Below, piece after piece: positions 54,994 to 64,000 of a stretch of 64,000 nt of DNA. Location of the stretch: assembly GCA_021613535.1 (NCBI GenBank), contig CP075494.1:10478001-10542000 (forward strand), given 5' to 3'. The translations under genes and the position numbers were made by a program. Origin of the DNA: Adineta vaga (lineage: Eukaryota > Animalia > Rotifera). Positions within the stretch are counted from its first letter, which is position 1, and every line of letters starts with the position of its first letter. The notes under the pieces are model-generated. The model saw nothing but the letters and a program-made list of their open reading frames with translations, ran no database searches and was not told where the DNA came from.

Positions 54994-57366
54994 TTAGAAC
55001 ATACCGGCTCCATAATCCATTTCTTCATCTTCAGCCAACTGTGACTGAAGTCGTTGCTGTTGTTTTTGTTTTGTAATAGTGCCCTTTTGTTGTATATTGC
55101 TTTCCGCTTTTTCAACACGTTTATTATCCTTTCCCAAAAGAGTCGTAAATAATTCTTCTGTAACAGATATGCCAACTTGATTAAAAAACTTGAGCAATCC
55201 GGAACGACCATGATTGAAAAAAATAGATGCAATTGCTGCAGTTCCTCGTACAGATCGATATCCATGATATTTTGCTTTAGGTAAAATTGACCATAAAACA
55301 GAATTAATAGATTCATTAGCATTTTGAGTAGAACCACGTAGACATCGTCGTAATAATAATGGATCAGTCAATTTGTTAATCATAGGAGTTAATATATCCA
55401 AAAATACCTATGAAACATGATGAAGATTTCAAAATATATAAAAACGAAATCACTTAGTCTAACTGTATCGAGTCGTTTTGGATCTTTGATTGGATCAGTT
55501 CTTTTTGCTAAAGGAAGATATTTATCTCTCTGATAAGTACACCAGGAGTCTGGCCCAGGAGGACAGAAATAATGTTGAAGTTCTCGATCAGGTTGTTTTA
55601 TATTATGGATAAATGATGCACGACAATTTCTTTCCATAAGGTTTACTGCATCATTTTCATTCATATCTAGAAGATAATCTGAACTGAGAACTATACAAAA
55701 ATAATGTTTATACCTTTAATTAATTGACTAGTTTGTCGAATTGCCAGACCATAATAATCCGACAGTTTCTGTTCCATATTATTGGTCATTCGACCAACGC
55801 TTCCACCATATGGTTTTCCATCAGCTAGACGTCTTCGAGTACGTCTTTTATTATTAGTTGATAATGAAGGATGTTTTTGTTGATTTGATGCAGTTGATTG
55901 TTGCTCTTGTATTTCTTCATAGCCGGTATGTCGATTTTTCAGTGTCTTAAGATAACTAGAAACTCGTTTTTTCACGTGGTTTATACAATCTTCTTTGGTG
56001 ACGATAAGACTCTTGTATTCATCTGATGAGAAAAATGAAAAAGAAATATTATTGTTATAATGTTTATTTTCATTTAAAAAAACTATAGTTATACCATTTT
56101 GAGGAGATACTGAACGTGAAGGATCATTGAGTAGTATATTAGCATAGATATGCTTAACAGATTCATAAGCATTTGAATCTCCATCACTAATCATGTTCAT
56201 GTATCGTACACCTAAATATCAATAATATAATGAACGTAAAATAGCCAATATTTTACCTCTTTCAAGTGATCTTTCAAAAATGTTTTTTGCACCTTCTTTT
56301 TCCATACCACCTGCACTACCATCCCACGTTTTGGAACATCTTGATTGGTGATTTTTGTACTAGAAAAAGTGGATTGATATTGACGTTCGACAAATATTGT
56401 TGGTCTTACCCATTTTTTAAATTCAGAAGGTGGTGCTGTACGTTGTTTAGCTTCACAAGCTTCACATCGTGTACTTAGAGTTTCGAAATCCAAACAAAAC
56501 CCGGAATCTGCATCGATTAAAAAAACAACACCATACATTGAATTGTGACCACGTTTTTTCCATGTACCATCAAGAGAAATCGTAAGATTCAAAATATTTT
56601 TCGAATCACATTTAACGTCATTACGAATCTCATCGATCAGTGTCAGGAAATCTTCATGAGCAAAAGCATATAATTGATCATATCTAAATTAAACTGTATA
56701 ATACAGAGTAAAAACAATAGACTACTTACAAATTATGGACTTGTTTATAGAAATTTGAACGATGTGGTACATTAACACCTAACATTGATAGTACAAATTG
56801 AGTAGCATCATAACCGATTCCACTTATTGCACTTGCTGCATATAACCGTTGATTAGGTTCTTGTATTTGATGCAGAGATTGAGGTGGAAAATTAGTAAAG
56901 TCGGTTATTTTGTTACAAATGGAACATTTCAATCCATTTTGGTGAAATAATCCAAAGTTCTTTCCATCATCAATAATTAGCTCAAGTCGAGCACCAGGAC
57001 AGATATGAGCTGTATCAATGCATTGTTTCATATGATTGATATCGAAAATTTGACTGGATCGTTCGACAGTTTCATGATCCTTAGCACTATAAAAGATCGA
57101 CATGTGAATATTATTTTTACTAGAAAAAGAATATCTTACCTTTCAATAGATGGTCGTATCTTGGCCAAGCTACGTGAAGTAAAATTTCCATTAGAAGTTA
57201 TTTTCATATTGACGTTGATTGATGCGTCTGCCTCATCAGTGAAGGTCATTGACATTCTTTCATTAAAATTTGTTGAGATAGATGATGATCGAAGAACTCG
57301 ATCAGACATTCGAATAGGTGAAGCTTTATCAAGATATTCATCATCAAAACTTTCATCCGAAGACAT
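54994..57366 (-). CDS. DDE transposase (Kolobok / 'Mutator-like' domain); 8 exons
   Basis: SLDGTWKKRGH, CEAC, WDGSAGGME, ISDGDS, EDCINHVKKR, HYFCPPGPDSWC, TQNANESINS. Seven GT-AG introns splice to one open frame. Confidence 0.9.
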
Positions 57367-57646
57367 TGTTTTTTTCAAGAGCAATTATCAAAGTAAAATA
57401 ACAATTATTTATAACGGTCCACCTAATTATATTTTCGTCTTTGTATTAAATTCGATTTATTATTCTATTAACAATAATTATCGTTTGATTTCTTTTATCA
57501 AATTGAAATATAAGTTTATTTCAATTTTATTATATTTATATGAGAATTAGGAATTTCAACGGTAGGACATGACAGATGTCAGCAGTTATTATTCTTTTTT
57601 TTCTTTCTCTTTCTGTGTACGATTAGTTCAATACGTATTCAAGATA

Positions 57647-58234
57647 ATTGCAATAAAATAAAGTGAAATTCTATGGATGTTTCCTATTTTTATTTAAATT
57701 ATTCAATTTTTTTGATTTTTCAAGATATATGTCTTGATCGATAGTCGAAAATTGATTTCTATTATTTTAAAGAAAAATAATCAAAGAAAATGGTCAATAG
57801 AAAAATTGTAGCGCTTGAAATTCTCTATCGAACAGTTAATAATTAAAAAAAATTTCAACGAAAGAAAATCATAAAAACACGACTGAAAGTGCTTGGAGCA
57901 TGAAAAATATGATAAATTTATACAGTATTTTAACCATATCTGTTATAAAAAATTTTCGTTATAATTTTAAGCCTATATGCAATCGATAGAGAATTTTTTT
58001 CTCTATCTTTTGATATAAGAGAAGTTATATTTATCTTTTGTTCTATACTGACATTTTGCAAAACATGGACCCAATCTGAAGATCAATTTTTGACCAAAAT
58101 CTAAGTTTTCTCATATTACAAAACTCCGTCAAATTTAAACCGACGGACGTAAAAATTTTACAGTATACGTAAAAAAATATAGTCTATCTAATGAATACAT
58201 AAAAAGGAGCACTTGGGGGGTCGCGACCCCCCCC
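57647..58234 (-). repeat. Right TIR (588 bp)
   Basis: Reverse complement of 54191-54778. Confidence 0.93.
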
Positions 58235-58458
58235 TTAAATGAATAGGAGAAAGTGAAATTTGTGAAGAAAAAGGACTAGCGTGCCAACTGAATGATGCTA
58301 ACTTATAGGAAAACGACATTATCTTTTCAGTTAACATCATTTTCTTTGCCAACAAATCCTTCTCTTTTCTGGCTTATATATTTTTGCTGTCCATTGAAAC
58401 CATTGTACGAATGATAAGATTCCTCGTGACAAAAGAGGAATTTGAAATTTTCAAAAAT

Positions 58459-59320
58459 GAAAAGTAGATTTCTGATTTCTTCTTTTCTATCTGATCTAGC
58501 ACATCATATAGTATAGATAAGGCAAATATCTTTATATATGATAGAATGGATTTTAAAATTTGAAAAGTAGATTTCTGATTTCTTCTTCTCAGTGTAATCT
58601 AGCAGGTCATAGTATTGATAAGGCAAATATCTCTAAATATGATACAAGAGATTTTAAAATTTGAAAAGTAGATTTCTGATTTCTCCTTATCTATGTAATC
58701 TAACAGGTCATATAGTCTAGACAATGTAAATATCTTTAAAGATGCAAGAAGAGATGTGAAAATTTTCAAAAATGAAAAGTAGATTTCTGATTTCTTCTTC
58801 TCAGTGTAATCTAGCAGGTCATAGTATTGATAAGGCAAATATCTCTAAATATGATACAAGAGATTTTAAAATTTGAAAAGTAGATTTCTGATTTCTCCTT
58901 ATCTATGTAATCTAACAGGTCATATAGTCTAGACAATGTAAATATCTTTAAAGATGCAAGAAGAGATGTGAAAATTTTCAAAAATGAAAAGTAGATTTCT
59001 GATTTCTTCTTTTCTATCTGATCTAGCACATCATATAGTATAGATAAGGCAAATATCTTTATATATGATAGAATGGATTTTAAAATTTGAAAAGTAGATT
59101 TCTGATTTCTTCTTCTCAGTGTAATCTAGCAGGTCATAGTATTGATAAGGCAAATATCTCTAAATATGATACAAGAGATTTTAAAATTTGAAAAGTAGAT
59201 TTCTGATTTCTCCTTATCTATGTAATCTAACAGGTCATATAGTCTAGACAATGTAAATATCTTTAAAGATGCAAGAAGAGATGTGAAAATTTTCAAAGTT
59301 GAAAAGCAGATTTCTGATTT
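58459..59320. repeat. Tandem array of 101-111-bp units inside the hAT-like element
   Basis: GAAAAGTAGATTTCTGATTTC (last copy variant) recurs at 58459, 58562, 58663, 58774, 58875, 58986, 59089, 59190 and 59301. Confidence 0.93.
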
Positions 59321-60476
59321 CCTGCAGTTTTCATTCTAGTGTTTTAGAGTGTTTGACTAAATTTCTGATGAAAAAGCAGAAATCTTATCAGAAATTTTTT
59401 CAAAACTGGTTACAATTTGAGATTTGCCATGCCCTCTCAAAATCAAAAACTAATCGATTGTAAGTACGAACAATTGAATGGAATAGTGTTGATGTCCATC
59501 GAACAGAAAATGAAATTGTTTCAATATCAAGATTATCCAAAATACGATGAAGTAATTCAACGGGCAATGTTTCAATTGATGGCATTTTATAATTCATAGG
59601 ATTACTGCGAAAAATTTACAATAAATAGTGGTGCAATTACATAAAATAACCAACAAAAAGTTATACTGTTATCTATATTTGCGTTTAAATTGTAATATAT
59701 CAACGTGTGTATTGTAAACAAACTAGAATTTTGTTTGTCAGTCTTTTTCTATTGCTCTACTCATCTATTTTTATTATCAAATATTAAATATAATGTTCAA
59801 TAGAAATAAGTGTAGACGTGAGATGTTCTTTTACTATTTATTTTTAAGCTATATTCTTGCTTGCGTAATTTGATTTCATCATGATTTTCGACATGACTTT
59901 CAAAGATTAAGAAAATATTTTGGATTATACGTTTTTGATAATCTGTCATTTCATTTGTAAAACACGTTTCATTGATGACGCACATACTTTTTTGACTTCT
60001 CTAAAATGTTTACGAGTAATTTCAGGACAAAACCGAATGATTCGACGATACTTTCATTAAGATGTTTGTCGTTTGAGATCAACATGAATCTTCCTAGAAT
60101 TGCAATCTTAAATTTAGTTTTATTCCACTAAAAACTCTTCGACAAGAGTATTTTAATGTGAATTGTACTTCTATGAACATATTTCATCACTTTTTCACAA
60201 AATATGTTTCACTTGATTTGATACTTCAGCAGCTAAGTACCAGACATTACTTTCAGTATATTAAATTTAGTTTTTAAATATATTTTATGTTGGAAAAAAT
60301 AGAATTTTAATCAAAAATAAAAATACAGAAATAGACAGAGTATGACGTAAGATAAAAAATAGCAGAAAGAATAGCACGAATAAGCATTACTCTAATGTCT
60401 ATCATATTATCTCGCATGTTTTCAGTGCAAATATCTTTACATTTTAGCTAACGCGCATCATATCAAATATCTCCAG

Positions 60477-61419
60477 ATGAGTATTTCTTTTTATGATCGT
60501 GCATGGTTATTGGCTACACCTCTCATTCCATCTACTATCGTTACTATCTTCGATCTATATCATTTTCTCACTGATCGAACACTTCGAACAGCTCTCAACA
60601 ATCATGCCATTATTGTTCTTCTTGTCTGTGTTCTCATTGAAAATCTCACTGATATCATTTCACAGATTTGCTTCTATCATAATCAAGAAGTTCCCATATT
60701 TACTCCTGCATTTTGTCAAGCATGGGCACTTATTAGTCCAACAGCTTATATTTTAGTTTTCACAATCATGGCATGGGCATCAATCGAACGACATATTCTC
60801 ATTTTTCATTCCAACTGCTTTTCATTATGTTCCGCTGATCGTTTGCATTCTTTGGCCTCTCCTATTCTATATTCTGATCTTCTATGTTCTTCCTTGTAAT
60901 GTTGTTTATAATCAGAAGGTTAGATATTGTAGTTTGTATTCATGTGTGACTACAAACCAATGGGCTTCATTATTTGACAGTATTGGAAACTATATCGTTC
61001 CTGCATTCATCACCGTGATTTTCAGTATTGCTCTTCTTGTGCGTGTGTTATATTATAGATATCATATTCATCGACGAATTCAATGGCGAAACTACAAGAA
61101 ATTAGCGATGCAACTATTACCTTTATCAATCTTGTATATTGTACTGCAATTTCCACCAATATCATTATATGCTGCATATTCCATTGGTTTGTCACGATCT
61201 ATTGCACGTTACTATTATAGTGATAGTTTATTTTTCACTTATTGGATTGTATTGTTGATTCCATTTGCGAGTGCAGTGTCATTACCTGATTTGCGAGGAA
61301 AATGTCGAGATGTCGTGTTGTTTTGGCGAAGAAACCATGTTGTCCATCCACAAGTAATGATGGTGAGTCGGGCAAGAGTCGTTCGAACAACTGTACCACT
61401 TGGAACACATCATCCATAG
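60477..61419 (+). pseudogene. Rhodopsin-like GPCR (copy 2), frameshifted
   Basis: Hydrophobic TM segments and ASIERHILIFH. The frame switches near 60815-60822; the other frame gives FHYVPLIVCILWPLLFYIL, which continues into the 60934 ORF. Confidence 0.85.
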
Positions 61420-61876
61420 TAGACTTTCAAGCTGCCAAATAAAGCGCGTTCCTTTTGCCTTTGCGTGTCTACATCTCTTGTTTCGATAGTCTCTACTTCT
61501 GAGACTACACTCTTTTTTTCTAAATATTCATTCTTCCGTTAATATAGTCGTAAATAGAATAAATGTGATGTACTTGATCCTATGAAGACTCTTTGTGAAC
61601 AAAAGAAATAATGATAAGCAAAAGGCATAATTTTTTCAGATAACTGGCAATTGCACTGACTCGTAACTTGAAGTACATATAATAGCATTATAGGATGAAA
61701 ACGAACAAAAAAAGAAAATAATTAGAAACGTCAATTATGCAAGAATAAATGCTTCATTTTATTTATATAACGATTCAAACTTCACAAAAACATTTCAATA
61801 TAGATTCCACAAAAAAAAATGAAAAAACCTTTCATTGATAAAGCTGACATTGCTGGTGTAACAAAATGAATACAAG

Positions 61877-63587
61877 TTAAATAGCGGCGGCAGTTTGATG
61901 ATGAGATCGTCGTTCAGTTTCTTGTTTGATCAGCATCTGTTGAACATTTGCTGGTAGTCCCGGATTCAAACTCATTGCATAAGGTAACAATGCTTTCGCC
62001 ATACCATCAAAATCGATCAGCACTTTAATAAACATTGTATCATCTACTACATATCCACTACTTCTTCCACCATCTTCGTCTATCGTAGATAATGCCATAA
62101 ACTTTGGAATTCCACTTGCAATATTGAAGTCTGATCGTGGTCTCTGAAAACTATTCGATCGAATATCTGGTCGAAATGAATCGATCACATGTTTTCCTTG
62201 ACCACTCTGATCATATAAGCAGAATGTTACTTTGTAATCGAATGGAAACTTGAGAATAGCATCATTGACACCACGCATCAACACAAAGAAAAGTGAGAGA
62301 TGTGACCGTCGAGCATTTCCATCACCATAAAGGTACAGGCGAAGTCTCATCTTATAGCCATTTGATGATGAATAGAAGGGTGGAGAAAAGATCGATATTT
62401 GTCGTTCAGATCGTGCATCATCTACAAATAAAGTTGAGCAAACGATCGAATATCTATTCACTTATGTGACTTACTCATCTTTTCTGTGACATTTGTTATT
62501 TTCCATACAAATGTGCCATCATATGAAACATGTTCCAAATCATTGATTTTCTCTTTCAATGATGACAAATCTTGACGGAGAATGTCTAGATTTTGTTTGA
62601 CACCTTCGACATAACTTCGTGATTCTTCTGTGGATAATTTCACTTGTGATGCCTCTTCGGCTAATGTATGAAGTTGTAGTTGAAGCTGAACTGATTCGCG
62701 AGTGAGACGTTGTCCATCATCGATCAATGTCTCGACACCACTCATTAGAATACCAAGCACGTCTTCAACTTCTTGAAAATGACTCGGTGCAGTGTTATCT
62801 GTTGTCATGGTGGTTGTTGGATAAGAATGATTGGTTTGATGTTGTGATATCATTTGTTGCACCACTTTCATCAGAATATGTTGATGCTGATGAGATTGAA
62901 AATGTTCTTGTTTCTTGCCTCGAATGATCTAAAAGAGACGACGTTCTAGAGAAAAAGAGAGGAAGTAACAGTATGTCGATACTTGTTGATCACAGCCAAA
63001 ATCTTTGAGTAGACAGTTTGTTGTCACTTGTTGACATTGTAATAGTTGATGTTCAGAGAGTTTGTTGACAGAGTTGAACGACAGATTGCAGTATTGACAT
63101 GTTGGATGAGAGTGAAGTTCATCGAGATGTGGCTCGAAGAGAGATATGAAGAGACAGGTTAATAAATAGGTAGTGAAAGTGAATGAAGAAGGTTACCTGA
63201 TAGTCTTTCAAGATGCCTGTCCATGGACAGAGAAAACATTCGATTGATAGAGATTCCATTTCACGTTTGAAACCACGATCGAGTCGTATCTAATTGATGA
63301 GGTATGAATAGTAATCTAAGGTACAGGAAAGAGGTGATACTTACTAAATGTGTTGGTGTTTGTGTGTGACATACTGGGCATGTGATCATTGTTCTAAAAA
63401 GAAGAATAAAAGCTAATAATACAATATGATTGAAGAAGACATACTGTTGTTGAATATCTATGCATGATTTACATCGTCGATGACCACATTCACTAAGTTG
63501 AACAGGATCTTGTAGTATCAATGAACACTGAGAACAAATATAGATTACATTTAGAGTAGTTTTATTTTTGGCATCAAAACCTCCCAT
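61877..63587 (-). CDS. TRAF paralog D (inverted relative to A-C)
   Basis: RING CSQC...CGHRRCKSC; remainder near-identical to paralogs B and C, including introns. Confidence 0.93.
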
Positions 63588-64000
63588 GATCTGCTGTAAG
63601 ATATTGCAAATGATTGTATCGTATCAAGTCGAAATTGTTAACTATAAGCGAAATTAAATGAGATAGAGACTAGAAGTACAATATATATAAAACAGTTCCT
63701 TAAATATATAGTTTGTAATCTATGCTTAAATTTATATTAATATATCAAGTGGAGAAAATGAAAAGAATCGAATGAATGGACAACTTGATTTAGTCGACTG
63801 CTAACATTATATTGACTTGTTGTACAGGTTGATTCACTTATTTTTGCTCATTTTCCTTCGTCTACTTTGTTTTAGGAAACTTTCAAAATGTTTTCGTTTT
63901 TAAATGGTTAGATAGCGCAGTGATTACTCTACAGCCTGCCCACAGGTAATGCACTCATCCATTTTTAACCATCTGGTTGTCATAACTCTGAAACTTAAAA

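Larger units (their letters stand above)
54191..58234 (-). mobile_element. Kolobok-type DNA transposon, apparently intact (inner insertion)
   Basis: TTAA on both sides (54187-54190, 58235-58238), GG...CC termini, 588-bp TIRs, internal DDE transposase. Confidence 0.88.
53764..59436. mobile_element. hAT-like non-autonomous element (outer insertion)
   Basis: 8-bp TSD TCAAAATC at 53756-53763 and 59437-59444. Imperfect TIRs CATGGAGTGGCAAATATCAAAT / rc GAGGGCATGGCAAATCTCAAAT (17/22). Subterminal AGAAATCAGAAAT repeats in opposite orientation at the two ends. Confidence 0.8.
52119..59597 (-). pseudogene. F-box/LRR gene disrupted by nested transposons
   Basis: F-box start SIETLPVELLHRILDNLD (59597-59437) rejoins in frame with DFESISQSKF (53763 downward) once the insert and one TSD copy are removed. 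Extra in-frame TGA at 53563; LRR-like body continues to 52119. Confidence 0.85.

Noticed and set aside
57005-57550. 181-aa plus-strand ORF as a second Kolobok gene
   Set aside because: It overlaps transposase exons 1-2 on the antisense strand and has no motifs.
54187-58238. piggyBac assignment because of TTAA
   Set aside because: Ends are GG..CC rather than CC..GG, and the transposase motifs are not piggyBac-like.
58459-59320. CRISPR-like regular repeat, and ORFs 58599-58838 / 58811-59029
   Set aside because: The intervening sequences are themselves repeated, there are no cas genes, and the context is eukaryotic; the ORFs are repeat translations.

Overview
AT-rich eukaryotic genomic DNA with many short (about 45-70 bp) GT-AG introns. 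The gene families and repeats suggest a bdelloid rotifer (inference). Three zones. (1) 2.4-24.5 kb is a compact block of conserved animal genes: XPB/ERCC3, SNIP1, an F-box protein, a LENG9-like 2H phosphoesterase, HSBP1, PIFO, annexin, a bacterial-type C1A protease, CDR2-like, lipocalin, SSNA1, RP2 and SCAI. (2) 24.6-37 kb is gene-poor, with a MITE, an LTR-like remnant and telomere-like hexamer tracts. (3) 37-64 kb is an accessory island with four TRAF (RING-ZnF-coiled coil-MATH) paralogs and two GPCR pseudogenes. Together these form a ~22 kb inverted arrangement (TRAF> <GPCR ... GPCR> <TRAF). Its spacer holds a foldback element, a MITE, another TRAF, a bacterial-like Ser/Thr kinase and an F-box/LRR gene split by a nested insertion. 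That insertion is a hAT-like non-autonomous element (8-bp TSD) containing an intact Kolobok-type transposon (TTAA TSD, 588-bp TIRs, hairpin termini, 7-intron transposase). Multi-exon CDS coordinates span start to stop including introns and were read by eye.
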